Of a stretch of DNA of 64,000 nt, positions 43,494 through 53,266 are shown in pieces. This stretch comes from Candidatus Latescibacterota bacterium (GTDB lineage: Bacteria; Latescibacterota; UBA2968; UBA8231), in contig OZ241889.1 in the NCBI GenBank assembly GCA_965203355.1, forward strand, positions 3,488,001 to 3,552,000, given 5' to 3'. The notes beneath the pieces are model-generated. The model was not told the origin of the DNA. It made no database searches and saw nothing but the letters and a program-made list of their open reading frames with translations. The position numbers were made by a program, and so were the translations under genes. Position 1 is the first letter of the stretch. Each line of letters opens with the position of its first letter.

Positions 43494-44481
43494 CGGCGTC
43501 CTCCTCGTGCAACAAACACGACGCTAAGTGGTCCGGGGCGACTGTTTTCAAGGTCGGGGTGCGCTGGCTGCACTGGGGCATGGCTTGGGGACAACGCGGG
43601 TGGAAGAGGCAACCCGATGGCGGGTCCAACAGCGACAGCGCGACCCCGGGAATGCCCTTGAACTCGCCCTTGGTCTCAAACGAGGGAATGCTAGCAATCA
43701 AAAGCTGCGTGTAGGGATGTTGCGGGTTGTGAAAAATATCCTCGACCCGGCCCACCTCGACCAGTTTGCCGCCGTACATGATGCCCACGCGCTCGGCAAA
43801 CTGCGCCATCAGGCCCATGTCGTGGCCCACCAAGAGCACGGTGGCGTTGAGCTGGTGCTGTAGCTGGCGCAAGGTCTGCATGATTTGCCGCTGCACCACC
43901 ACATCGAGGGCCGAGGTTGGCTCGTCGGCCAAGATGAGCTGCGGATTGAGCGAGATGGCCTGGGCAATGCAGGCCCGCTGTTTCATGCCGCCGCTCAATT
44001 CATGGGGGTAAAGACGGGCCACTTCTCGCTTCAGCCCGACCTTGTCCAACAGTTCGATCGCACGCTCCATTTGCGCGGCCTTCGGCGGGGGCTGGTCCGC
44101 GGCGTGCTCGCGCATCGTCAGCACGAGTTGTTCGCCGATCCGCATCACCGGATTGAGCGAGTTCATCGCGCCCTGCGGCACCATCGCTACCCGCTTGAGG
44201 CGGGCTTGCCGCACTTGCTCGCGGTTGAGCTGGATCAGGTCGGTACCGTCGTCTAAGGTCGCGCTGCCACCGGCGATGAGGCCCGGGGTCTTAATCATCC
44301 GCAACAGCGCCAAAATCAACGTGGTCTTGCCGCTGCCGGACTCGCCGACCAGGCCAAAACGCTCGCCTTTGTACAGGGTCAGATCGACCTTGTTGACAGC
44401 GCGGGCCATGCCGCGCCGGGTCTCAAAGTGGACCTCCAACGCGCGGATGTCGAGCAGCACCTCTTTGGCGGCCTTGCTCAT
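43477..44481 (-). CDS. ABC transporter ATPase (OppD-like)
   Basis: GESGSGKT, LSGGMKQR, DEPTSALD; start MSKAAK at 44481. Confidence 0.92.
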   Translation of the reverse strand: MSKAAKEVLLDIRALEVHFETRRGMARAVNKVDLTLYKGERFGLVGESGSGKTTLILALLRMIKTPGLIAGGSATLDDGTDLIQLNREQVRQARLKRVAMVPQGAMNSLNPVMRIGEQLVLTMREHAADQPPPKAAQMERAIELLDKVGLKREVARLYPHELSGGMKQRACIAQAISLNPQLILADEPTSALDVVVQRQIMQTLRQLQHQLNATVLLVGHDMGLMAQFAERVGIMYGGKLVEVGRVEDIFHNPQHPYTQLLIASIPSFETKGEFKGIPGVALSLLDPPSGCLFHPRCPQAMPQCSQRTPTLKTVAPDHLASCLLHEEDADAPAS

Positions 44482-45335
44482 ACGGCCTTGCGCTGTTTGG
44501 GGTTGGCCAATTCGTCTAAGCCCGCCGCCGTCATCAACAAGCCGACGAAGATCACGCCGATAAAAAAGATGGGAATCGCCCACCACCACCACATGCCGCG
44601 AATGAGCGCACTAAACGTAATGGCCCAGTAAATGGTCATGCCGACCGTTGGATCGTTCTGCGGCCCCAACCCGAGTGCCTCTAGACCAATCGACGAGAGA
44701 ATGGCCCAATTGACGGCATTGGTGAAATTGGCCGCGAGATAGGGCAGCAGATTGGGGAAAAGCTCCTTCCAGATGATCTCGGCATTGCTCATGCCATTGA
44801 GCTTGGCCATCTGCACGTACGCCCGCTCGCGCATGGTCAAAATCTGCGCGCGAATCGTCCGCGTGGGCCACATCCACGCCAGCGAAGCCACCACCAAGGC
44901 CATGATGTTGACGCTAATTTCCTCGCGGATCGTCGAGGCAATGGACACCAGCACCACCAGGCCCGGCACGGTGAGCAGCGTATCCACGAGGCCGCGGATG
45001 ACGGTGTCGATTTTGCCGCCCATATAGCCGCTCGTAAAGCCGAGGAAAATGCCCAGCCCCATCCCTACCGTACCGGCCAACAGACCAATCCGCATGGTCA
45101 GCGGCACCCCCACCACCATCACGGCGAAGAGATCGCGGCCGGAGTCGTCGGTGCCAAAAGGGTGTTCCAGCGAGGGGGCTTGTCGCGGTGGCGTGGCCAG
45201 CGGCTGGGCCAGCGAGGTATCGACGAAGATCGACCCCAAAACCCCAAAGAGCACCACCAACAGGATCATGCACAGGCCGGCCGCCAGCATGGGGCTTTCG
45301 CGCAAGTAGTAGAGCATTTGGTCTAAGCGTTGCAT
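44478..45335 (-). CDS. ABC transporter permease (OppC-like)
   Basis: HPFGTD..GRD, multiple TMs, EAA-like loop. Confidence 0.92.
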   Translation of the reverse strand: MQRLDQMLYYLRESPMLAAGLCMILLVVLFGVLGSIFVDTSLAQPLATPPRQAPSLEHPFGTDDSGRDLFAVMVVGVPLTMRIGLLAGTVGMGLGIFLGFTSGYMGGKIDTVIRGLVDTLLTVPGLVVLVSIASTIREEISVNIMALVVASLAWMWPTRTIRAQILTMRERAYVQMAKLNGMSNAEIIWKELFPNLLPYLAANFTNAVNWAILSSIGLEALGLGPQNDPTVGMTIYWAITFSALIRGMWWWWAIPIFFIGVIFVGLLMTAAGLDELANPKQRKAV

Positions 45336-45337
45336 CG

Positions 45338-46348
45338 CTAGTGGTGGCGGCTATGGGAAATCCGCGGGTCGAGCAGCGGATAGAAGAAATCCATCAGCAT
45401 GGTTACCAAGCCAATGGACAGGATGAGGATCAGCACCACGCCGTTGATAACCGTATAATCCGAGGCTTGGATGGCCTGAAAGAGCACGGTGCCAATCCCC
45501 GGATAGGCGAAAATCACCTCGACGATAACCTGACCGGCGACCACGTTGGCCAGCGACAGCCCCAGCGCCGTGAGCTGCGGCAGCAGGGCGTTGCGCAGGC
45601 CAAAGCGAAAAAAGATCGTGCGGTTGCGCAGGCCATTGGCCTCGGCCAGCGTGATGTAATCCTCGCCCGAGGTCGTGACCATCATCCCCCGCATCCCCAG
45701 TGCCCAAAACCCGACCTGCTGCAGGACTATGGCCAGCGCCGGCAAAATCGAATGGTGCAACACGTCGAAGACAAAAGCGGGACTCAAGATCGCCAACATG
45801 CCGGGCGAGTACCCCCCGGACAGCGGAAAGAGCCCCATCTTGAGGCCCAATATGTACAGCACAATCAGCCCCAGCAAATAGGGCGGGATCGCCGACAAGG
45901 TCATCATTGGCACCGCCAAGTTGCGCGTAAAGCGCGGTGCCGAAGGCCAAGCCGACAGCGCCCCCATGAGCGTTCCCAAGGCAAACCCGAGCAGCACGGA
46001 AACGATCATCAGCCCAATGGTCCACGGGATGGCATTGCCGATGATCTGTCCGACGCGGGCCGGATAGTTGGCCAGCGAATAGCCCAAGTCGAGCGTAAAG
46101 GTGTCGCTGAGGAAGTTGAAGTATTGGACGTGGAGCGGTTTGTCGAGGCCGAACTTGGCCTGATAGGCCTTGACCATGGCCTCAATGCCGTCTTGGCGCA
46201 ACCCCCCACTAGCGGCTAGCTGGCCGAGCTTCTCGCGGATGGGATCGCGGCCCGTACCGAGCCGCGGCACAAAGAAGTTCACGCTCGCTGCCGCCCATAC
46301 CACGATTAGGAAAAGGGCGACCCTTTTGACGACAAAATTCCAAGACAT
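45338..46348 (-). CDS. ABC transporter permease (OppB-like)
   Basis: FGLDKPL..QY, DLGYS, LRNALLP, E.IF.YPGIG, LDPRI. Confidence 0.92.
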   Translation of the reverse strand: MSWNFVVKRVALFLIVVWAAASVNFFVPRLGTGRDPIREKLGQLAASGGLRQDGIEAMVKAYQAKFGLDKPLHVQYFNFLSDTFTLDLGYSLANYPARVGQIIGNAIPWTIGLMIVSVLLGFALGTLMGALSAWPSAPRFTRNLAVPMMTLSAIPPYLLGLIVLYILGLKMGLFPLSGGYSPGMLAILSPAFVFDVLHHSILPALAIVLQQVGFWALGMRGMMVTTSGEDYITLAEANGLRNRTIFFRFGLRNALLPQLTALGLSLANVVAGQVIVEVIFAYPGIGTVLFQAIQASDYTVINGVVLILILSIGLVTMLMDFFYPLLDPRISHSRHH

Positions 46349-46405
46349 GAGTATATGCAGGTGAATTTGGCGAAACGCTAAAGCTAGGAAATAAAAATCG
46401 CCGCG

Positions 46406-48019
46406 TCAATCGCCCTCGCCCTTCACCACCACCACCGCATCCACCGGCACATCCTCCAGCCGCGCCACCGCGCCATCGGGCCACACGACCTCCACGCGCT
46501 CCACGCGCTCGGCCCGGCCCAAGCCAAAGTAGAGACGTGCATCACTGTGGCCCAAATAGCTCGCCGCGCCGCCGACCGACCGCACCTGCGTCCGCCCACC
46601 GGCCGTTAGTCGCACCCAAGTGCCGACGACCTCCGGGTCGATTTGCACCGCGAGATAGTGGCCGGTGCGCGTCTCATTGCGCAGGAGCGTTGGGCTGTCG
46701 TCGATGTTGGTCGCAAACAGATCGACATCGCCGTCTTGGTCGTAGTCGCCGCTGATGACCGCCCGGCTCGATTTTTGCACCAGCAACCCCGGACCCGCTC
46801 CTTCCACCGCCGCGAACGCGCCCCCGCCCGCGTTGGCAAAAAGCTGGTTGCGCTGGGCGTATGTGCCTCCGGTGCTGGCGCGATCGACTTGGGGATAGAC
46901 GTGGCCGTTGGCGACGAATAGATCGAGGTCGCCGTCGAAGTCAAAATCGAAAAAGCGCGTACCCCACCCGAGATAGCTCACGGTCGGAGCGGCCAAGCCG
47001 CGCTCAGTCGTACCATCAATAAAGGTCCCACGGCCCGAGTTCAAATAGAGCGTATTGGTTTCGCCGTAGAAGTTGGTCACGTAGAGGTCGAGGTCGCCAT
47101 CGCCGTCGCAATCGCCCACATCCACCCCCATGCTCGCCTCGAGTTCGCCGTCGCCGTTGTACGCCACGCCGGCCGCCAAACCAATGTCGGCCAAGCGACC
47201 CCCCTCGTTGCGGAACAGCACATTGGGCGTCTCGTCGTTGGCCACGAACAAGTCGAGGTCGCCGTCGCCATCGTAGTCCGCGGGCATCACGCCCAAGCCG
47301 TAATAGGCGTTAGCCGCGGCCACGCCGGACGCGGCCGTGGCATCGGCAAAGGTGCCGCCGTCGTTGCGGTAGAGCCGGTCGCGCCCCCCTTCCATGCCCT
47401 GGGGGCCGCAAAAGACCCGCAGCCCACCCAAATAGACGCAGGGATCCGCCAACTCCGGGTCTTGCAGCATGGGTTCCATGTCGAAGACTACGTAGTTGGC
47501 CACGTACAGGTCGAGGTCGCCATCGCCATCGTAGTCGAAAAACGCCGCACTCGCGCTGAAGTCGTCTCCAGCAACCCCCGTTTGCGCGGTTACGGCGGCA
47601 AAGGTGCCATCCCCGCGATTGCGATAGAGCGCGTTGGCTCCGTAGTTGGTCGCGTACAGATCGCGCTGCCCGTCGCCATCGTAATCCCCCACCGCCACGC
47701 CCAGACCCCAACCGCGATCCTCAACGCCCGCCGTAACCATCGCAAAAACGCCGCTGTCGTTGCGGTAGAGCACATTGCCCGGCCCGGCCCCATAGCTGGC
47801 ATACGTCGAGCCATTCACCACATAGAGATCGAGATCGCCGTCGCCATCGTAGTCGAAAAACGCCGCGCCGCTGCCGGTGGATTCGAGGATGAAGCGCTTG
47901 TGCGGACCGCCGTTTACGGTCGGCTGCGCTAAACCAGCTTCCCGCGTCGCATCCGCAAAGAAGGGATCGGCCTCAGCGCGGCCGCCGACGAGCAAGAGGG
48001 CAAAAATTAGCGCGGGCAT
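46406..48019 (-). CDS. CRTAC1-family protein (FG-GAP/VCBS repeats + ASPIC/UnbV)
   Basis: Repeated DYDGDGDLDL motifs; C-terminal LYFGLG...V.WPDG; signal peptide. Confidence 0.9.
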   Translation of the reverse strand: MPALIFALLLVGGRAEADPFFADATREAGLAQPTVNGGPHKRFILESTGSGAAFFDYDGDGDLDLYVVNGSTYASYGAGPGNVLYRNDSGVFAMVTAGVEDRGWGLGVAVGDYDGDGQRDLYATNYGANALYRNRGDGTFAAVTAQTGVAGDDFSASAAFFDYDGDGDLDLYVANYVVFDMEPMLQDPELADPCVYLGGLRVFCGPQGMEGGRDRLYRNDGGTFADATAASGVAAANAYYGLGVMPADYDGDGDLDLFVANDETPNVLFRNEGGRLADIGLAAGVAYNGDGELEASMGVDVGDCDGDGDLDLYVTNFYGETNTLYLNSGRGTFIDGTTERGLAAPTVSYLGWGTRFFDFDFDGDLDLFVANGHVYPQVDRASTGGTYAQRNQLFANAGGGAFAAVEGAGPGLLVQKSSRAVISGDYDQDGDVDLFATNIDDSPTLLRNETRTGHYLAVQIDPEVVGTWVRLTAGGRTQVRSVGGAASYLGHSDARLYFGLGRAERVERVEVVWPDGAVARLEDVPVDAVVVVKGEGD

Positions 48020-48727
48020 TTAGCGGGCGCAGCGAAAGCCTATGGTGTTGCCCTTTATATAGGAATGGGAGTCCTTGGTATTGGCCCGCTTGTCGCACTG
48101 GGTTAAGGTCGGGCCGTTGACCCACGACCCCCCGCGCAGGAACTGCATTTTCTCGCCTCCTTGCGTCCACTCCCACACATTGCCGCCCATATCCAAGAGT
48201 CCGAAAGGGCTAGCACCACGCGGAAAGGACCCCACCGGCGCGGTGCGGCCGTAGCCGTCTTGGTCGCCGAAGACATTGGCGCGGCCCTCGGCAAACTCCG
48301 CCCCCCACGGGTACTTTCGCTTTTCAGCGCCCGCGCAAGCGAACTGCCATTCCTCCTGCGTGGGCAGGCGCTTGCCCGCCCACTGGCAATAGGCCGCCGC
48401 CCCATACCACGACACCTCGATGACCGGATGCCGCGCAAACCCTTCTTTGACCTTGTACGCGCCCGCCTCTTCCGCTAGCGCCGTATATCGGCTTCCCAGT
48501 TCCACCCAGTACGCGCCCTCCACCTTGGCATTGCCTTTCGCCGTCAGAAACGCGGCGTACTCCTCGTTGGTCACCTCGTACTTATCGAGGTAAAATCCAC
48601 GATGCGGCCCTGCTATCTTCACCATTTCCCCGCCCTTGAGGGAGTCGGCCGCGGCCGGCCCTTCCTCGGCTAAAGCGGCGGCCGCAACCGCAACGCACAG
48701 CGCGATTCCGCAAAACACCGGCATCAT
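48020..48727 (-). CDS. Formylglycine-generating enzyme (FGE-sulfatase/SUMF1) domain protein
   Basis: YEVTN, HPV..VSW, RLPT..EW, DMGGNVWEW, RGGSW, GFRC. Confidence 0.9.
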   Translation of the reverse strand: MMPVFCGIALCVAVAAAALAEEGPAAADSLKGGEMVKIAGPHRGFYLDKYEVTNEEYAAFLTAKGNAKVEGAYWVELGSRYTALAEEAGAYKVKEGFARHPVIEVSWYGAAAYCQWAGKRLPTQEEWQFACAGAEKRKYPWGAEFAEGRANVFGDQDGYGRTAPVGSFPRGASPFGLLDMGGNVWEWTQGGEKMQFLRGGSWVNGPTLTQCDKRANTKDSHSYIKGNTIGFRCAR

Positions 48728-49575
48728 AGCGCGTATTCCCGCACCATCTTGGCAAATCCATCTTCGGCAAAACTCGGGCCAATCCGCACCCCATCCCCAG
48801 CTACGGCGGCCTGGACCTCGGCCTTTGCATTCCCCAGCAACACCCCGATTCCCGCCGCGCGCAACATGGGCAAGTCGTTGTTCGAATCGCCTATCGCCAA
48901 GGCGCGCTCGGCGCACCCACCGACCCGCTCGGTCAGCGTCCGCAGGGCCACGCCCTTATGTACGCCCCGACGCATAAATTCCACCATGTTAGGATGCGCC
49001 CAAGCCACGTAGATCCGATCGCCGCACAGCATCTCGATATCGGCGATGTGCCGTTCTCGCCGCTCCGGTTCTACTTCCAGCATGACCTTGGGCGGTGCCC
49101 CCAGTTCACCGCTCTGGCAGCGCGCATACAAATCGCCGTCGAGCACCATGCCCGGCTCGTCAAACGCTTCGAGGTAATCCATGGGCCGGACGAACCGGTA
49201 CTCCTCGGCGACCCCAGCCGCCGTGTGTTCAAACAGACAATAGATCAGGTTCAGTCCCTCGGCGCGGCCATATTCAACTATCTGGGCAAACGACGCCTCG
49301 TCCAACCGCTCCTCGCGCAGCACTTCGCGCTCGGTCCCCTCACCTGGGCCGAGAACCACCGAGCCATTGTAACCGCCGATGTAGAGGGCCCGCGCCAATG
49401 CTGGATAGGCTGTAAAAGGGTATTGCCCACGGCGGATGCTGCGCCCGCTAATGCTGGCGGTCGGGATGCCGTGCTCGATCAAATCCTCGATCGCCACCAC
49501 AGCCGAAGCCGCCAGCCGCCCTGTTGAGTCGAGCACGGTGCCGTCGAGGTCAAAAGCCACTAAGTCGATCATCAT
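48724..49575 (-). CDS. Cof-type HAD-IIB hydrolase
   Basis: DLDGT, KG, GDSNND. Confidence 0.9.
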   Translation of the reverse strand: MMIDLVAFDLDGTVLDSTGRLAASAVVAIEDLIEHGIPTASISGRSIRRGQYPFTAYPALARALYIGGYNGSVVLGPGEGTEREVLREERLDEASFAQIVEYGRAEGLNLIYCLFEHTAAGVAEEYRFVRPMDYLEAFDEPGMVLDGDLYARCQSGELGAPPKVMLEVEPERRERHIADIEMLCGDRIYVAWAHPNMVEFMRRGVHKGVALRTLTERVGGCAERALAIGDSNNDLPMLRAAGIGVLLGNAKAEVQAAVAGDGVRIGPSFAEDGFAKMVREYAL

Positions 49576-49592
49576 TTCTCCTTTTGTGAAGC

Positions 49593-49740
49593 GGTGGTCA
49601 GTGGTCAGTGGTCAGTGGTCAGTGGTCAGTGGTCAGTTGCCAGTGGTCAGTGGTCAGTGGTCAGTGGTCAGTTGCCAGTCCCCCGATCGCTTCTGGGGTG
49701 GGCTGGGACTGGTCACTGGTCACAGGTCACTGGCAACTGA
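49593..49740. repeat. Heptamer-armed inverted-repeat element, 12 x AGT(GGTC/TGCC) - core - 4 x GG(TC/CA)AC(T/A)
   Basis: Direct reading; core resembles that of 3270-3362; overlaps the last codons of the TPR gene. Confidence 0.9.
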
Positions 49741-51104
49741 CGCAAACGCGCCTGTGCGTGGGACAGCCGCTGCGCCTCGCGCGCGTCGTCTGCTGCCAAA
49801 GAGGCGTACGCATGCCACTCAGCCCGCGCTTGGTCCGGGTCTAATCGCTCGTAGGTCGAGGCGAGGTGGAAGCGCCACAGCGCCCGCTCGGGTTCGAGGC
49901 GCACGGCCTCTTCGCCAGCCTGCACGGCCGCCCCGAGCAAGCCCAACTGCCGATAGACATCGCCCAAGGACGCAAAAAGTTCGGCGTGGTGCGGATGCGC
50001 GGCCGCGGCTTCTTTGAACACCTGTACGGCCGCGCGCAGCCGCCGCTGATGCACGTACAGCCCACCCAACTTCAAAGCCGCGTCCCCTTCCGCTCCGCCC
50101 AACTCGATCGCCGCTTTGAACGCCGCTTCGGCCGCGTCGAGCACCCCCATGCGGCTGTGTACGATGCCGATACTTACTTGGGCGGCGGCATGGCCGGGCT
50201 GTCGGTTAGCAAACGCGGTAAACGCAGCCAGCGCCGAGTCCAGCCGCCCCTCGGCGCTGTGGATCAAACCAAGATAGCGATAAACCGGGTACAGCTCGGG
50301 GTCGGCGGCCCGGGCCTGTTCAAACTGCGCCAAGGCCCCGGCCCCATCCGCTTCTGCCCAGAGCAGGCGCCCCAACTCGCAGTGCAAGAGGGCTTCTTGG
50401 CCGCTCCCGTCGCGTACGGCCAAGCCCTCGACGAGCGCAGCGCGGGCCAATTCCCGTTGGCCGGCCTCTCGGTAGAGCGCGGCGAGGTCGGCCCGGATCC
50501 CAGCATCTTGGGGCACGGCATCAAGCGCCTGCTGCATCAGCGAGCGCGCCTGTTCGGTCTGCCCCAACCGCGCCTCTACCCTTGCTAGCTGGTAGCGCAC
50601 CTCGGCCTGCTCGGGCGCAAACCGCAAGGAAGCGCGATAGGCCGCCTGCGCTGCGTGGAGATTTTCTCGTAAGTGGCCGAGCGCCTGATAGGCATGGCCC
50701 AGCCGCGCGTAGATCAGCGCCGACTGCGCGCCCCGGCGCACGGCATCCTGATAGGCGCGCAGTGCCCCGCTATAACGCCCTTGGGCGGCGAGGCTAAGCC
50801 CCAGTTCGGCATAGACTCGCCCGTCGTCGGGGCGTGCCTCCACTAGGCGGCGGTAGAGCGCGGTCGCGTCTTCGTACGCACCGCGCGCCACGTAGAGCGC
50901 GGCCAAGATAGCAGTCGCCTCGTGCAAATCGGGGTCGAGGGTACGCGCCCGGGCGGCGAGGCGTTCAGCCTGAGCCTGTTCGGCCTGACTCAAGTTCCGC
51001 AGGGGCCGGTCGCCGATCAGCCCCTGCACTTGGCGGTACGCGGTCGGCGCATCCGGCGCGGCGCACCCAGCCAACAACAGCGCGATCGCGGTCAGCCCCT
51101 TCAC
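49713..51104 (-). CDS. TPR-repeat lipoprotein
   Basis: Lipobox LAGC; many TPR-like helices. Confidence 0.82.
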   Translation of the reverse strand: MKGLTAIALLLAGCAAPDAPTAYRQVQGLIGDRPLRNLSQAEQAQAERLAARARTLDPDLHEATAILAALYVARGAYEDATALYRRLVEARPDDGRVYAELGLSLAAQGRYSGALRAYQDAVRRGAQSALIYARLGHAYQALGHLRENLHAAQAAYRASLRFAPEQAEVRYQLARVEARLGQTEQARSLMQQALDAVPQDAGIRADLAALYREAGQRELARAALVEGLAVRDGSGQEALLHCELGRLLWAEADGAGALAQFEQARAADPELYPVYRYLGLIHSAEGRLDSALAAFTAFANRQPGHAAAQVSIGIVHSRMGVLDAAEAAFKAAIELGGAEGDAALKLGGLYVHQRRLRAAVQVFKEAAAAHPHHAELFASLGDVYRQLGLLGAAVQAGEEAVRLEPERALWRFHLASTYERLDPDQARAEWHAYASLAADDAREAQRLSHAQARLRQLPVTCDQ

Positions 51105-53167
51105 CGCGTCTCTCCCTCCCGCAGCAACAAATGCTGATCGGCCTCGACGTCCCGATACACATCAACCTGCCCACTAGGCCACTTCACCTCAATGCGGTCG
51201 GCCCGCACTCGTTGCCCCAAACCAAACTCCAACTCCAAGCTGTTGCTGTTGCCAAAGCTGTATCCAGAAGCCACTTCGGCAAACTGCACCAAGTCGCCGG
51301 CCTGCACCCGCACCTTAGCACCGATTCCGTCGCGATTGCTCTCCACGCCTTCCAACTCCAGCACCAAGTAGTGATGGCCAAAGCCTTCGCTGCGGTACAA
51401 CGCATTGGGCCACTGGTCGCCCGGCTGTGCCCCCCCCACCGGCGCGTACAGGTCGAGGTCGCCGTCGCGGTCGTAGTCGGCAAAGGTCACGCCGTGCGAT
51501 TTGCCCAAGTGCCCCAGCCCGGCCGCGACCGTCGCATCGACAAAGGTGCCATCGCCCCGATTGCGAAAAAGCACATCCGGCTCGCGCCGCCCCATCTGCG
51601 GCCCGCCGTTGCCGAGATAGATATCGACCCAGCCATCGTTATCCACATCGCCGGAAACGCCGCTCATCGTGCCCAGCGCACGCGCCAGCCCGGCCGCGGC
51701 CGTCACATCGGCAAAGGTGCCGTCGCCCCGATTGCGGAAAAGCACGGGCCGGTCGCGCTGGCTCGTGGATGTGCCAGCGACCCGATCCGCCAGCACCACC
51801 GGGTACTGGCTCCAGTTGCCCACGAAGAGGTCCAGCGCACCGTCGTTGTCGTAATCGAGAACAAACGTTATAAAGCCGTCGATGTGTTCAGCACCGACGC
51901 CAGCCACCGCCGTCGCATCGACAAACGCCCCGTCGCCCCGATTGCGAAAGAGCACATTCGGCTCGGTAAAATTACACGCGTACAAATCGGGCCAACTATC
52001 GCCATCAAAGTCGCCCCACGCCGCGCTCAACGTCTGCCCCTTGTGCGCCACTCCGGCCGCGACCGCCACATCGGCGAAGGTGCCGTTTCCTTGGTTGCGA
52101 TAGAGCACATTGGTCGAATCGCCGGTCGCACCCGTGCCGTTGGCAACGTAGATATCGAGATGGCCGTCGCGGTCGAAGTCGCTCCACGCGGCGCAAAAGC
52201 TCGACCCCGGATCGCCCGTGCCCGATGCTTCCGTCACATCGGCAAAGACGCCGCGGCCATCGTTTTGGAAGAGTGCGTTCACCCCGCCGCCAAACCACCC
52301 ATCGCGCGTCGCGTATATATCGGCGTCCCCATCGTTGTCGTAGTCGGCTGTCTGCACTCCAATTCCGCCATCGGGCAGCACCAGCCCGGCGGCCTGGGTC
52401 CGCTCGGCAAAACGCGCGCCATCGTTGCGGAAGTACGCCAGCTCTGGATGGCCGATGACGACCAAATCGAGATCGCCGTCCTCGTCGTAGTCGGCCCAAG
52501 CGCTGGCGCGGCCTCCATCGAATTTATCGACCCCGGCCTCGGCCCCAATCTCGCTAAACCGCCCGCTGATGATCCCCTGCGGCACCGCATCGGCAAATGC
52601 CTCGGTCGCCGGCCGCCCCAAGGCTTCCTGCAACCACTTGCGGTGCCAGCGCAACTCCAGCGGCTCGGGATGCAGCGCCACCGCCTGCTGCAAAATCGAA
52701 TCAGCGCGGGCGTAGTCCTCTTGCCACAGTGCGGCCATCGCCGCCCAGTAGAGCGACTCATAGCCCTCGGGATCGACGGCCAGCGCCCGCTGCAAGTACT
52801 GTTCCGCCTGCTCAAATTGCCCCTCTTCCAGCGCCTCTTTCCCCCGCCCCAAAAACGTCTCCAACACCAAAGACCGCGCCGCCGTTAATTCAGGGTCCAG
52901 GGCCGCGGCTTGTTCCAGCAACGCCACGCCTTCTTCGATGCGCCCTTGCACGAGCCGCACCCTTCCTAGCTGCCAGTAGCCCTCGGCCGCGGCCGGTTCC
53001 AGCCGGACGCAATCGGCAAAGGCACGCTCGGCCGCCCGGAGCCGATAGCGCTCCAGCAAGTCCAAGCCCCGGCGGTACGACTGATGGAACGCTTCTGAGC
53101 GGTTGGTCGGCTCTTGGCAGCCGCTTACAGAAGAGATAGCAAGGGTAATCACCAGCAGAATAGTCAT
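51101..53167 (-). CDS. TPR + CRTAC1 (FG-GAP/ASPIC-UnbV) lipoprotein
   Basis: Lipobox VSGC, N-terminal TPRs, DYDNDG repeats, SNRDGIGA...FGLG...WPSG. Confidence 0.88.
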   Translation of the reverse strand: MTILLVITLAISSVSGCQEPTNRSEAFHQSYRRGLDLLERYRLRAAERAFADCVRLEPAAAEGYWQLGRVRLVQGRIEEGVALLEQAAALDPELTAARSLVLETFLGRGKEALEEGQFEQAEQYLQRALAVDPEGYESLYWAAMAALWQEDYARADSILQQAVALHPEPLELRWHRKWLQEALGRPATEAFADAVPQGIISGRFSEIGAEAGVDKFDGGRASAWADYDEDGDLDLVVIGHPELAYFRNDGARFAERTQAAGLVLPDGGIGVQTADYDNDGDADIYATRDGWFGGGVNALFQNDGRGVFADVTEASGTGDPGSSFCAAWSDFDRDGHLDIYVANGTGATGDSTNVLYRNQGNGTFADVAVAAGVAHKGQTLSAAWGDFDGDSWPDLYACNFTEPNVLFRNRGDGAFVDATAVAGVGAEHIDGFITFVLDYDNDGALDLFVGNWSQYPVVLADRVAGTSTSQRDRPVLFRNRGDGTFADVTAAAGLARALGTMSGVSGDVDNDGWVDIYLGNGGPQMGRREPDVLFRNRGDGTFVDATVAAGLGHLGKSHGVTFADYDRDGDLDLYAPVGGAQPGDQWPNALYRSEGFGHHYLVLELEGVESNRDGIGAKVRVQAGDLVQFAEVASGYSFGNSNSLELEFGLGQRVRADRIEVKWPSGQVDVYRDVEADQHLLLREGETR

Positions 53168-53266
53168 GGCAAAAACAACATCCGCTGTCTTTTGCCTGCT
53201 GTCAATTTCTAGTTACGTTGTCACGTCTCTTTTGCCATCCCTCACCCATAAAAAGGAGCATTCACC

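Noticed and set aside
46700-47870. Recurrent GTCGAGGTCGCCGTCGCCATCGTAGTC-like DNA repeats
   Set aside because: Explained by coding FG-GAP (DYDGDGDLD) protein repeats
51131-52888. Long antisense ORFs (e.g. 585 aa here, 395 aa at 9785..10972, 363 aa at 41296..42387)
   Set aside because: Shadow ORFs opposite well-supported genes in high-GC DNA; no motifs
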